Position numbers and translations under genes: made by a program. Shown here piece after piece: positions 27,301-48,481 of a DNA stretch of 64,000 nt (positions are counted from its first letter, which is position 1; every line of letters starts with the position of its first letter). The stretch is from the human T2T-CHM13v2.0 reference genome, Homo sapiens. The notes under the pieces are model-generated. The model searched no databases, was not told the DNA's origin, and saw only the letters and a list, made by a program, of their open reading frames with translations. The stretch lies in NCBI RefSeq assembly GCF_009914755.1, contig NC_060928.1; one strand, written 5' to 3'.

Positions 27301-29690
27301 CAATTTGCCAGCATACATTTTTGTTTGCATTTATTAATCAAGCAATTTCATACTTATCCCTGCCAAATACTATGAAGTGTCAAAATTTGGCATAGGGGTT
27401 GCAAAACTATAAACCCAGCCCAAAACAGAATGATCTTTGCTTGTGCAATCTTTAATAAATAAGACATTGATAATGGTTCAATAAAAACAGCTACATCTTA
27501 AACTTAGTAAGATTACCATAACTTCTAATCTTGTGGCTTTAAGCAGTCTAGTCCACAGACAGAAAGGTTTGTTATTGTCTTTGTTTCAAAGCTAAACTAT
27601 AAGTTCTTCCCAAAATTAGTTTGGCCTATGCGCAAGAATGATCAGGGACAGCTTGGAGGTTAAAAGCAAGATGGAGTCAGTTAGGTCAAATCTTTTTCAC
27701 TGTCTCAGTTATAATTTTGCAATGACGGTTCTATAACTTTAAATGATGACTACTGTGGTTCTCAAAAATAATCTAGGTAAACAATTAAAATAAAATAATT
27801 AGATAAATGTAATAGGATAAATACTTGTAGACAAACTCATCATAATTTAGAATCTAAAGTTATATTAAATTAAGTAAATATTTCATTATTTGGGTATTTT
27901 CCAATAAAAATATATTTGTAGGAAATCATTCTTTCTTAAAAAAAAAAGGTGTGTCCTTTCTAAAAGAGTGGACAATTTTTGTCTAATTCAAAGCTTATTT
28001 AAAGGTTATGTATAAAACAAAATTAAAGGAACCAGGAAATAAGAGAGATGTAAAGAAAGTTATAAAAATTAAAAGGTTTTTGATAAGAAAACTTAAAGAG
28101 AAATAATTTTATATGAGAAATGATCTTGTATGGTAAATTTAATCCCAGAATACAATGACTGGTTGTTTAAAAAAGAGGAATCTTCAGGACAAATGAGAAA
28201 CTCCAACCATGTCATGAATGGTCTGCGTAAGTTACAATAGCAGGATATACATAAAAAAATTTATATGATCAAGTTGTCATATTATTATTAGGTTTTGGTT
28301 TGCTTAGGAAAAAAAAACTTGGATTAAAAGTTTTTAAAAATAAGGCTATTACATTCATGTGTCTCTCTATATATGTGCTTTTAAAGTACTTGTGACCTTG
28401 AGTTACAGGGCTTTGACTCCTCAGTCTAAAAGGACACCAAGTCCTGCTAAATTTTAAACACAAATAGCAACTAAAGCCCAATCTTCAGGCCTGGTAGAAG
28501 ATGCCAGTCAAAACAAACTGCATTCCTGAGACACAGAGCCAGAAATTAAAGCTATTCAACTCCTCAAGGCCCAGTGACTATCATGGAAGAGGTGGGTGTG
28601 TAATATTGTGAGGGGCAATTTTAAGAGATAAAATAAGTTCAGTCTCTTTATAAATTAATTATTAATATCAAAAGCACACTAGTGCAAGACCAACATATGG
28701 GCCCCTGTGTCAGATTAACAAGGTTTTCTTGAAGCATTAACTGACTCTTTAATAAATGTTATAAAGTTTATAAAAGGTTTATGGAAGTTATATCTTATGG
28801 TCAAGATTAAAATTTTATAGAGTGTTTATAAAATTTTGAAAAACAAATTTAATTGGATTAATGCTGTTTTTATTAGGGCTTATTGTTTAGAAAATTAAGT
28901 CTGTTCTCAAAGAATGAAGGTTTTTGACTTTTTTTGAAATTCTTGAGTTACCACTTTGGTCAAATGAATGACTTATACAATGAGCTGTAATATCAAGTGT
29001 TTTAAATCTTTAATATTTGACAAACTTTTCAAAGCCAATTAATAATTAAAATCAAATTATAAATAGTGTCTTTTTCTGACCTAATTAATCCTTTAAAATA
29101 TTAGTTTCCCTAAGGTCCAAAAATGATATCATTTGACTTAGTTGGTACAGAAATTATATAGGAAGCATTGTCAAATATGAAATGGTGTTTGGTTTTCTTT
29201 GGGCTGTATTTGTTTGTTTGTCTCTTTGTTTGTTTGTTTTTTGAGACAAAGTCTTGCTCTGTCACCCAGGCTGGAATGCAGTGGTGCAATCTTGGCTCAC
29301 TGCAGCCTTCGCCCCATCGGGTTCAAATGATTCTCATACCTCAGCGACTGTAGGCACACACCACCATGCCTTGCTAATTTTTGTATTTTTAGTAGAGACG
29401 AGGGGTTGCCATGTTGGCCAGGCAGGTCTCGAAATTCTGACTTCAGGTGATCTGCCTATCTTGGCCTCCCAAAGTGCTGGGATTACAGGCATGAGCCACC
29501 ACACCTGGCCTGGGCTGTATTTGTGTAAATGTTATTTGTATGTGTTGCAAAATCATGGAAACTCCTATAATTCTAATATAATTTAGTGTACATTATCAGT
29601 AATAATTATAATTATTATGTTAAATTATTGTGTGCCACAGAGGTAACAAATTTCCTTGTCAATTGTGTCTTTGACTATGGCTGCCCTCAA
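27301..29690. mobile_element. MER4-group ERV1 internal sequence with an embedded antisense LTR8-like fragment (~27590-27731)
   Basis: Resembles recalled MER4-type internal sequence; 27590-27731 is the reverse complement of the LTR8-like start (TTGCAAAATTATAACTGAGACAGTG...CTGACTCCATCTTGC). Confidence 0.7.
29214..29510 (-). mobile_element. AluS with small internal deletion
   Basis: Antisense Alu; 14-bp TSD TGGGCTGTATTTGT (29200-29213 / 29511-29524). Confidence 0.93.
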
Positions 29691-29694
29691 AACA

Positions 29695-31029
29695 CTGTCA
29701 CAGGAATGAAGAATGCTTTTATGGGCTTATTAGTAGCCTGGAAACAGCTGAGGAAAGAATCTCTGAGCTTAATTAAAGGTATTTCCATAGAAACCTCCAA
29801 AAAAGAAAAACTAAGAGAAAAAAGTCTGTAAAGAAAACCAGAAGACAGTATCCAAGACCTGTGAGACAGCTACAAAAGGTGTAACATATGTGTAATGAAA
29901 ACACCAAAATGGGGGGGAAAAGAGATCAAGGAACAAGGGAAATATTTTAAACAATAATGACGCAGAATTTGCCTAATTAATGCCAGGCACCAACCCAAAG
30001 ATCTAGGAAGATCAAAGAACATCAGGAGGATAAATGCCAGAGAAACGACAACTAGTATATCATTTCCAAAGTACAGTAAAACAAAGATTTTTAAAATCCT
30101 GAAAAAAGGCAGAGGAAAATAATACTTTATGCATAGAAAGGCAAAGCATGACATTGAACTTCTCAGAAACCATGTAAGTAAGAAGAGAGTGGTGTGAAAT
30201 ATTTAAAGTTTTGAGAGAAAAACCCATCAACCTAGATTCTGTACACTGCTAAGTTAACCCTCAAAAATAAAGTAGAAATAAAGATTTACCCAGATAACAA
30301 AAATTGTCTTGAAATAAATGTTAAAAGAAGTTCTTTAGAGAGAAGGAAAATAAAATAAGTTAGAAACTTAGATCTACATAAAGGAAGAGCAATGGAAAAG
30401 GGATAAATGGAGGTAAAATGAAACCTTTATTTTTCCTATTAATTGATCTCACATAACAATTTGTTCAAAATAATAATAGCAACATTGCATTTAATTGTAT
30501 ATGTTTATGTGGGTGTATATATATACATATATATTCTTGTGCATGCTGGCATTTTACCAAAATGAATGACATTGATTATAAAAGGGATGGTGGGAAAAAT
30601 TGGAATTATTTTGTTATTATGAGGAAATCACACTACCTGTAAAGCCATATAGTGTTATTTGAAAGTGGACAAGTGGACTTAGATTAGTTGTAAATGTATA
30701 TTGCAAACTCTGGGGCGACTACTAAAAAAATTTTTTTTAAGGTACAAATGATATGCTAAGAAAAGAGAGAAAATTAAATTTTATAAAATGCTCAATGAAA
30801 AACACAAAATGAAAAAAGAATAGAAGACAAAATAGGAACAATGAACAAGGACAACAAATAGAAAGCAGTAACAACTACGTGACATTAAGCACACTGCATC
30901 AGTAATCACTTTAAACATCAAGGGTCTAAATGCACCAATTAAAAGGCAGAGATTGTTATAGTTAAATAAAAAATAAGATCCAATTATATATTGTGTACAA
31001 GAAACCCATTTTAACCACAGAGACACATA
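29695..31029 (+). mobile_element. L1MC-type host L1, ORF1 to ORF2-start fragment
   Basis: ORF1 motifs (CTTCTCAGAAACCATG..AGAAGAGAGTGG) and ORF2 start (GGTCTAAATGCACCAATTAAAAGGCAGAGATTG). Confidence 0.75.
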
Positions 31030-32802
31030 TAGGCATACCTTGTTTTATTGCCCTTTGCATTATTGTGCTTCACAGATATTACACATTTTTAGAAATTGAA
31101 GGTTTATGGCAACGCTGTGTTGAGAAAGTCTATTGGTACCATTTTTCCAACATTATGTGCTCACTTTGTGTCTCTATGGAATGTTTTGACAATTCTCCCA
31201 ATATTTCAAACATTTTCATTATGATTATATCTATAATGGTGACCTATGAGCAGCAATCTTTGATATTACTCTCAAAATTGTTTTGGAACACCCAGAAGGC
31301 AAACTTAATCATTAAATGTTGTGTGTGTTCTGACTGCTTCAATGACAAGCCATTTCACTGTCTCTCTCTCTCCCTTTAGCCCTCCCTATTTTCTAAAGAC
31401 AACCATATTGAAATTACACCAATTCATAATCCTACAACAGCCTCTCAGTGTTCAAGTGAAAAAAGAGTTGCACATTTCTCACTTTTAATCTCAAGCTAGA
31501 AATACTTAAGCTTAGTTAGGAAGGCATGTTGAAAGCTCAGATAGGCTGAAAGCAAGACCTCTTGTGCCAAATAGTTATCCAAGTTGTAAAAGCAAGGGAA
31601 AAGTTCTTGAATGAAATAAAAAGTGCTACTGCAGTGAACACACACATGATAAGAATGCAAAACAGCTGTATTGCTGATATGGAGAAAGTGTGAGCAGTCT
31701 GGATAGAAGATTACACCAGGCACAACATTCCTTTAAGCCAAAGCCTAATCAATATCTAGGTCCTAACCCTGTTCAATTCTATGAAAGTTGAGAGAGGTGA
31801 GGAAGCTGCAGGAAAAAAAGTTGGAAGCTAGCAGAGGTTAGTTCATGAGATTTAAGGAAAAAATCTCTGTCCATAACATAAAAACACAAGGTGATGCAGC
31901 AAATACTGAAAGAGAAGCTGCAGCAAATTATACAAAAGACCTAGCTAGGCTAATTAATGAAGGTGGCTACACTAAGCAACAGATTTTCAGTGGAGATGAA
32001 GCAGTCTTCTATTGGAAGAAGATGCCATCTAGGACTTTTATACCTAGAGAAGTCAATGTAGGGCTTCAAAGCATTAAAGGACAGGCTGACTCCCTTATTA
32101 GGGACTAACGCAGCTGGCAACTTTAAGTTGAAGCCAATGCTAACTTACCATTTTGAAAATTAAAGGGCCCTTAAGAATTATGCTGTATCAACTCTGCTTG
32201 TGCTCTATACATAAACAACAAGGCCTGGATGATAGCACATCTATTTGCAGTACGGTTTACTGAATATTTTAAGCCCACTGTTGAGACCTACTGCCTAGGA
32301 AAAAAACAGATTGCTTTCAAAATATTACTGATCATTGACAGCTCTGATGAAGATATGAAATATTAATGTTTTTGTGCCTGCTAACACGACACCACTCTGC
32401 AGCTCATAGATCAAGGAGTAATTTAAACTTTCAGGTCTTATTATTTAAGAAATACATTTTGTAAGGCTTTTGCTGCAATAGGGAATGATGTTTTCTGATG
32501 AATCTGTATAAAGTAAATTAAAAATATTCTGGAAAAGATTCACCATTTCAGATTCCCATAAGAACATTTGTCATTCATGGGAGGAGGTCAAAACATCAAC
32601 ACTAACAGGAGTTGGAAAGAAGTTGATTCCTACCTTCATGGATGACTTAGAGGGATTCAAGACTTTAGTGGCGGAAGTAACTGCAGATGTGATGGAAATT
32701 GTAAGAGAACTAGATTTAGAAACAGAGCCTCAAGATGTGATAGATTGATTGCAATCTCATGATAGATTTTGAATGAATGAAGGGTTGCTTCTTATGGAAG
32801 AG
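31030..32802 (+). mobile_element. Tigger1 DNA transposon, 3'-truncated, degenerate transposase
   Basis: TA + (C>T)AGGCATACCT TIR; ORF 31845-32108 RFK...HNIK.QG.AA...LI.EGGYTKQQIF..DE...YWKKMPSRTFI is Tigger1 transposase. Confidence 0.95.
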
Positions 32803-35360
32803 AAAAACTGAGGATATTGGAAACATAACTCAACATAATAAAAGCCATATATGACAGACCCACAGCTAGTATCATATTTAGCAGGGGAAAACTGAAAGCC
32901 TTTTCTCTAAGATCTGAAACACAAGGTGCTCACTGTCACCACTGTTATTCAACATAGTACTGGAAGTCCAAGCTAGAGTAATCAGAAAAGAGAAAAAAAT
33001 CGAGAACATCCAAATTGCCAAGGAAGAGGTCAAATTATCTTTTTTTTTTTTTTTTTTTTTTTTAAGATGGAGTCTCGCTGTGTCGCCCAGGCTGGAGTGC
33101 AGTGGCGCGATCTCCACTCACTGCAAGCTCCGCCTCCCACGTTCATGCCATTCTCCTGCCTCAGCCTCCTGAGTAGCTGGGACTACAGGTGCCCGCCACC
33201 ACGCCTGGCTAATTTTTTGTATTTTTAATAGAAACGGGGTTTCACCATCTCAGCCAAGATGGAAATTATATTTATTTGAAGATGATGTAACCTTATATTT
33301 GGCAAAACCTAAAGAGCCAGCCAAAAAACTATTAGAACTGATCAACAAATTCAGTAAAGTAGCAGGATACAAAACCAATAAACAAAATCAGTAGCATTTC
33401 TATATGCCAACAATGAACAACGCAAAAAAGAAATTTAAAAAATAATTCAATTTACAATAACCAGACATAAAATTAAATGCCTAGGAATTAACTTATCCAA
33501 AGAACTGAAAGATCCCTTTAATGAAAACTATAAAACCTTGATGAAATAAAGTGGACAACAAAAAATAAAAAAATTCCATGTTCATGGATTGAAAAAATTA
33601 ACATTGTTAAACTATCTATAGCACTTAAAGCGATCTACAAATTCAGTGTCACCTGTATCAAAGTACCAATGGCATTCTTTACAAAAATAGAACACACAAT
33701 CCTAAAATTTATATGGAACCCAAAAAGACTCAGAACAGCCAAAGCTATACTAAGCAAAAAGAACAAACCTGGAGGAATCACATTACCATACTACAGAGCT
33801 ACAGTAACCAAACAACATAGTACTGGTATAAAAACAGACATATAGATGAATGGAACAAAATAGAAAACCCAGAAACAAATCCACACACCTATAATAGACT
33901 CATTTTCAACAAAGGTGTGAAGAACACACACTGGGGAAAAGACAATCTCTTCAATAAATGATGATAGTAAAACTGAATATCCATATGCAGAAGAATAAAA
34001 TTAGACCCCTATCTATCACCATATACAGAAATTAAGTCAGAATGGATTAAAGACTTAAATGTAAGACCTCAATGTATAAAACTACTACAAGAAAACATTG
34101 GGGAAAATCTCCAGGACATTGGTCTGGGCAAAGATTTCTTGAGCAATACCTCACAACCACAGGCAACCAAAGAAAAAATAGAGAAATGGGATCACATCAA
34201 GTTAAAAGGCTTCTGCACAGTGAAGCAAGCGATCAGCAAAGTTAAGCAACAACCCACAGAATGGCAGAAAATATTTGCAAACTACCACCCTTTGACAAGG
34301 AATTAATAGCCAGAATATATAAGGAGTTCAAACAACTCTATAGAAAAAAATATAATAATCCAATCAAAAATGGGCAAAAGATTTGAATAAGCATTTCTCA
34401 AAAGAAGACATAAAAATGGCAAACATGCATATGAAAAGATGCTCAACATCATTGATCATCAGAGAAATAAAAAATCAGAACTACAATAAGATATTATCTC
34501 ACCCTAGTTAAAATGGCTTATATTCAAAAGACAGATAATAACGAATGCTAGTGAGGAACTGAAGAAAAGGGAACACTTGTATGCAGTTGGTGTAAATGTA
34601 AATTAGTACAACAACTATGGAGAACAGTTTGAAGGTTCCTCAAAAACCAAAAATTGAGCTACTACATAATCCAGCAATCCTAGTGCTAGGTACATGCTCA
34701 AAAGAAAGGAAATCAGTATATTGAAGAGATAGCTGTACTCTTATGTTTGTTGCAGCACTGTTTACAATAGCTAAGATTTGGAAGCAAACTAAGAGTCCAT
34801 GAACAGATGAATGAATAAGGAAAATGTGGTGCATATACACAATAGATTACTATTCAGCTATAAAAAAGAATGAGATCCAGTCATTCACAAGATGGATGGA
34901 ACTGGAGATCGTTATGTTATGTAAAATAAGCCAGGCACAGAAAGACAAACATTGCATGTTCTCACTTATTTTTGGGATCTAAAAATCAAAACAATTGAAC
35001 TCATGAACTTAGAGGGTAGAAGGATGGGTACCAGAGGCTGGGAAGAGTAGTGAGGGTCTGCAGGGAAGGTAGGGATGGTTAATGGGTACAAAAAAGTTGT
35101 TAGAAAAAAATGAATAAGACCTTCTCTTTAATAGCACAATAGGGTGACTATAGTCAATAATAAATTAATTGTACATTTTTAAATAAAGAGTGTAACTGGA
35201 TTTTTTGTAAATCAAAGGATAAATTTTTGAGGGGATGGATACCCCCATTCCCCATGACTTGTTTATTTCACTTGTCATGTTTGTATCAAACATCTCATAT
35301 ACCCCATAAATATATACACCTACTATGTACTCACAAAAACTTAAATAAAAATAAAAATAA
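32803..35360 (+). mobile_element. L1MA1/2-type L1, 3' ~2.3 kb
   Basis: ORF2 3' half and L1MA 3'UTR (ATAGCACAATAGGGTGACTATAGTC, GGGGATGGATACCCC, ACACCTACTATGTAC) with A tail. Confidence 0.88.
33040..33262 (-). mobile_element. 5'-truncated AluY
   Basis: poly-T then CTGCAAGCTCCGCCTCC..GCCATTCTCC (Y diagnostics); AAATTAT duplicated at the flanks. Confidence 0.93.
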
Positions 35361-35364
35361 ATTT

Positions 35365-37562
35365 TTAAAAACAGTAGAAAAAAAGGAAATACTATCCGAC
35401 ACATTCTGTGAGGCCAGCACAACCGTAATACCACAACAAGACAAACACATTACAAGACAAGAAAACTACAAATTAATATCTCTAATAAACACTGATGCAA
35501 TAATCATCAATAAAATATTACCAAATCAAATCCAACAATGTATATAAACAAATATACATCATTGTATTAGTAAGGGTTCTCTAAAGGGACAGAACTAATA
35601 GGATATAGGTATGTATGAAGGGGAGTTTATTAAAGAGTATTGACTCACAAGATCACATGGTAAAGTCCTACAATAGGCCATCTGCAAGCTGAGGAGCAAA
35701 GAAGCCAGTCCAAGTCCCAAAACCTCAATAGCAGGGAAGCCAACAGTGCAGCCTTCAGTCTCTGGCCCAAGAGCCCCTGGAAAGCCACTAGTGTAAGTCC
35801 AAGAGTCCAAAAGCTGATGAACTTGGAGTCCAATTTTCAAGGGCAGGAAGCATCCAGCATGGGAGAAAAATGAAGGCCGGAAGACTCAGCAAGTCAAGTC
35901 TTTCCTATTTATTCTATCTGCTTTATTCTAGCCATTCTGGCAGCTGATTAGCTTGTGCCCACCCAGAATGAGAGTGGGTCTGCCTCTCCCGGTCCACTGA
36001 CACAAATGTTAATCCCCTTTAGCAACACCCTCACAGACACACCCAAGAACAATAGTTTGCATCCTTCAATCTAATCAAGTTGTCACTCAATATTAACCAT
36101 CGCAATCATGGAAATAATGGGATTAATTCCAGGTATGCAAAGCCAGTTTGAGATTCAAAAATCACTTAATGTAATCCATCACATCAATAGTTTAAAGAAG
36201 AAATATCACAAGATTATATCAATAGTTGCAGAAAAAGCATTTGACAAAATTCAGTATCTGCTCTTGACAAAAACTCTCAGTAAACTAGGAATTGAGGGGA
36301 ACTTACTGAACTTGATAAACAGTATCTATAAAATACCTACAGCTAACATCATATTTAATAGTGAGAAACTCAAAACTCCTGCTAAAATCAGGAACAAAGT
36401 ACAGATATCTCCTCTCACCACTAATTTTCAATGTCAATTTTCAAGGTAATGCATAAGTCAATACAAAGAAATAAAATATATCCAGATTAAAAATAAGACA
36501 AAACTGTGTTATTTTCAGATGACATGTTTATGTAAAAAGGAATCTAAAAGTCAGCACAAAAACTTCTGAACTAATAAGGTGTTACAGTAAATTTGCAAGA
36601 TAGAAGGTTAATATACAAAAGTAAAGCACTTATCTATATGCCTACAATGAACAATCGAATTTTGAAATTAAAAACACATTAGATTTACATTAGTACTCCC
36701 CAAAATGAAATATTTCAATATAAATCTAACAAAATATATACAAGATCTACATGAGGAAAATGATAAGACTCAGATAAAAGAGTTCATATAATTTAAAAAA
36801 TTGAGAAATATTCCAGATTCATGAATAGGAAGACTCAACATTGTCAATATGTCGGCTTTTCTCAACTAGATCTACAGATTCAATGCAATCCCAATCAGTA
36901 TCTTAACAAATTATTTTGCAGATATTGACAAACTTAAACCAAAATTTATATGGAGAGGCAAAAATCCCAGAATATCCAACACAATATTGAGGAAAAACAA
37001 AGTGAAGAAGTGACACTACCCAAATTCAAGACTTATTGTAAAGCTATGACAATTAAGATAGAGTGGTACGGGTAAAAGAATAAACAAAGAGATCAAACAG
37101 AGAGCACAGAAATAGACCCATATAAATATGGTCAACTGATTTTTGACAACATCATATAGGTAATACAGTGGAGAAAAGATAGTCTTTTCAATAAATGGTG
37201 CTGGAACAACTGGACATCCACATGCACAAAAATTAATCTTTAAATAGACCTTATACCCTTCACAAAAATAAATTCAAAATGGATCACAGATCTAAATGCA
37301 AAATGCAAAACTATAAAACTCCCAGAAGATGACATAGGAGAAAATCTAAGTAACTTTGGGCTTGGTGATGATTTTTTTAGATACAACACCAATGGCACAA
37401 TCCATAAAAGAAAAAATTGGTAAGCTGGATTTTATTAAAATAATAACTTTATATCTGTGAAAGACACTATCAAGAGAATGAAAACACAAACCACAGACTG
37501 GGAGAAAAATATTTGTAAAAGGCATATACGATAAAGGATTGCTATCAAAAATATACAGAGAA
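35365..37562 (+). mobile_element. Host L1MC-type ORF2 remnant, interrupted by MLT2A
   Basis: ORF 36108-36449 GLIPGMQ..F.I.KS.NVIHHIN.LK.K.H.IISI.AEKAFDKIQ is L1 reverse transcriptase. Confidence 0.85.
35563..36104 (-). mobile_element. MLT2A (ERVL) solo LTR
   Basis: TGTATTAGTAAGGGTTCTCT...CAAGTTGTCACTCAATATTAACCATCGCA; 5-bp TSD ATCAT. Confidence 0.93.
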
Positions 37563-46184
<8,622 letters not shown>

Positions 46185-46189
46185 GCTAT

Positions 46190-46535
46190 GGTACTATAAT
46201 ATATGGATAATATGCATTATGATACTCTAATAGCAAATACATGTCATTATACATTTGTCCAAGCCTATGACACATTTTTCCAAACCCATAGAATGTACAA
46301 TACCATGAGTGAACACTAATATAAACTGTGGACTTGTATTTATTTTATTTGGGTGATAATGATGTGTCAACATAGGTTTGTGAATTGTAACAAATGTACC
46401 ACTCTGGTGAAGGATGTCGACAGTGGGGAAGGTTATGCATGTGTAGGGACAGAGGACATATGAGAACGCTGTACTTTCCCCTCAATTTTGGTATGAACCT
46501 AAAACTTCTCTAAAAAATAAATTCTATTTAAAATA
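46190..46535 (+). mobile_element. L1MC1/2-type 3' end
   Basis: AAACCCATAGAATGTACAA...AAATGTACCACTCTGGTG...TGAACCTAAAACT..CTAAAAAATAAA. Confidence 0.85.
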
Positions 46536-46800
46536 AAGAACACAAAAATTTTAAAAATTAAGACTCTACATAGCAATAGCAAGATAAGAGATATATATAC
46601 TCGTAGTCATTATCTGGTAATTTCTTTATATGATTTGGAAACAAGATAGAAATACTAAATAACTATTTTGTTGAAAAATGCATATATATTCACTCACTCA
46701 ACTTATCAACAAAATTAGTATCTAAAATTTTATTTATAAGAGGCAACCAAGGCCATCTAATTTTACAGGCAATTTTCACCAAACTTGTACATAACCCTAT

Positions 46801-47534
46801 CTTTTATAGCTCTTTTGGAGTCTTTAAGAACAGAGAAATCAGTAAAGCTTTATTTTATGAGGCTAGAAAAATTTTGATGTGAGGCCATACAAATAGAACA
46901 AAATATTATAAATAAATCTTACATATAAACAAAGATGCAAAATCTTAAAATATTACTATAAAAATTCAGAAATATATAAGAAAATGAATATACCATTATC
47001 AATTATTAACTATTTCAAGAATGCATAGATCATTCAATATCTTTTCATAGCTCTTGCAGAGTTTTTAAGAACAGAGAAATCCATAAAGCTTTGATTTATT
47101 TTACAAGGCTAGAATAATTCTGATGTGAGGCCATACAAATAGAACAAAATACTATAAATAAATCTTAAATATAAACATAGATGCAAAAATCTTAAAATAT
47201 TACTATAAAAATTCAGAAATATATAAGAAAATGAATATACCATTATCAATTATTAACTACTTCAAGAATGCATAGATCATTCAATATCTTTTCATAGCTC
47301 TTGCAGAGTTTTTAAGAACAGAGAAATCCATAAAGCTTTGATTTATTTTACAAGGCTAGAATAATTCTGATGTGAGGCCATACAAATAGAACAAAATACT
47401 ATAAATAAATCTTAAATATAAACATAGATGCAAAAGTCTTAAAATATTACTATAAAAATTCAGAAATATATAAGAAAATGAATATACCATTATCAATTAT
47501 TAACTACTTCAAGAATGCATAGATCATTCAATAT
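46801..47534 (+). repeat. Tandem repeat, 3 copies of 240-247 bp
   Basis: Copies 46801-47040, 47041-47287, 47288-47534; last two almost identical. Confidence 0.95.
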
Positions 47535-47829
47535 CAGAATATTCATTCACACATTAAACCAGACCAACAAATTAAAAGAGATAAACTGTACAAAAATATC
47601 AAATATTTTGGAAAAGCTTTCTGCAAAAGTCATTTATAATAAAAAGAAAAATAATGCTTATGAAACAGATAAGAAAAGAACATTTCATAACTTGTGAAAC
47701 AAGATTTGTCAGAAATCTATTGCAAACGTATTTAATGATGAAATTTTAGAAACATTCTAAATAAAGTCAAGAGAAAGATAAGGATAGCTTCACTGATTGT
47801 ATTCCACATATTTAGGAGATACAGGAGGT

Positions 47830-47866
47830 GTTTTGGTGGTTCAGTGGTAGAATTCTCGCCTCCCAC
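47830..47866 (+). pseudogene. 5'-half tRNA-Gly(CCC) retropseudogene (tailless)
   Basis: TTGGTGGTTCAGTGGTAGAATTCTCGCCTCCCAC equals tRNA-Gly-CCC positions ~4-37; 17-bp TSD CCACATATTTAGGAGAT. Confidence 0.9.
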
Positions 47867-48355
47867 ATATTTAGGAGATCCTAGTCAATGTAACAAGAAA
47901 AGAAATAAAGACTTAAAAATTGAAAATAAAGAAATTAAACTTATTTTGAATGCAGAATATTTTACTGTCAATGAAGAAATTACAAGTAAATCCAGAAAAA
48001 TAATGTTAGAACCAAGAAGAGAATCTATAGTTTGCCAGGAAAATAAATAACACACAAGAACCAACAGTGTTGATATATGCAATTAAAAACATTTTGGAAA
48101 ATGTAATAGAATAAAATAAAAGATCTAATTCACAATGGGAATATATCTATCTATCTAACATGTAAATATATGGTATACATATATGGTTATACATTTGTGT
48201 GTATGTCTTTCTAAAAATAAATTTATCAAACATCTTCATGGTACTCAATCACAAACTCACTATCAGTTTATCTTATGTTATAAATAACTGAAGACTCACT
48301 AGACATGATATATTCTCACCAGAAATGACTACAGCACACAGCCAAACAGCAGTTG

Positions 48356-48481
48356 CAGTTTTATTATACTTTCTTCATACAGTATTGTTTTTACCCTTTT
48401 ATAAGGTAAAACTCTTAAATAAGATAAAACCCTTATAAAAGGGTAAAAACAATACTGCACGGAGAAAGTATAATAAAACTG
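48356..48481. repeat. Inverted repeat, 51-bp arms, 24-bp spacer, 3 mismatches
   Basis: 48356-48406 is the reverse complement of 48431-48481. Confidence 0.95.

Larger units (their letters stand above)
46600..48140 (+). mobile_element. Very old L1M(E) ORF2 remnant
   Basis: Degenerate RT-region motifs (AAACATAGATGCAAAAATCTT, GGAGATCCTAGTCAATG..ACAAGAAAAG). Confidence 0.65.

Noticed and set aside
31845-32108. Transposase ORF as a domesticated TIGD-like gene
   Set aside because: Surrounding Tigger1 frame has stops and frameshifts and is truncated.
46801-47534. CRISPR-like array
   Set aside because: Eukaryotic DNA; head-to-tail repeats with no unique spacers.
47830-47900. Functional tRNA-Gly gene
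   Set aside because: No 3' half or B box; only the 5' half between TSDs.
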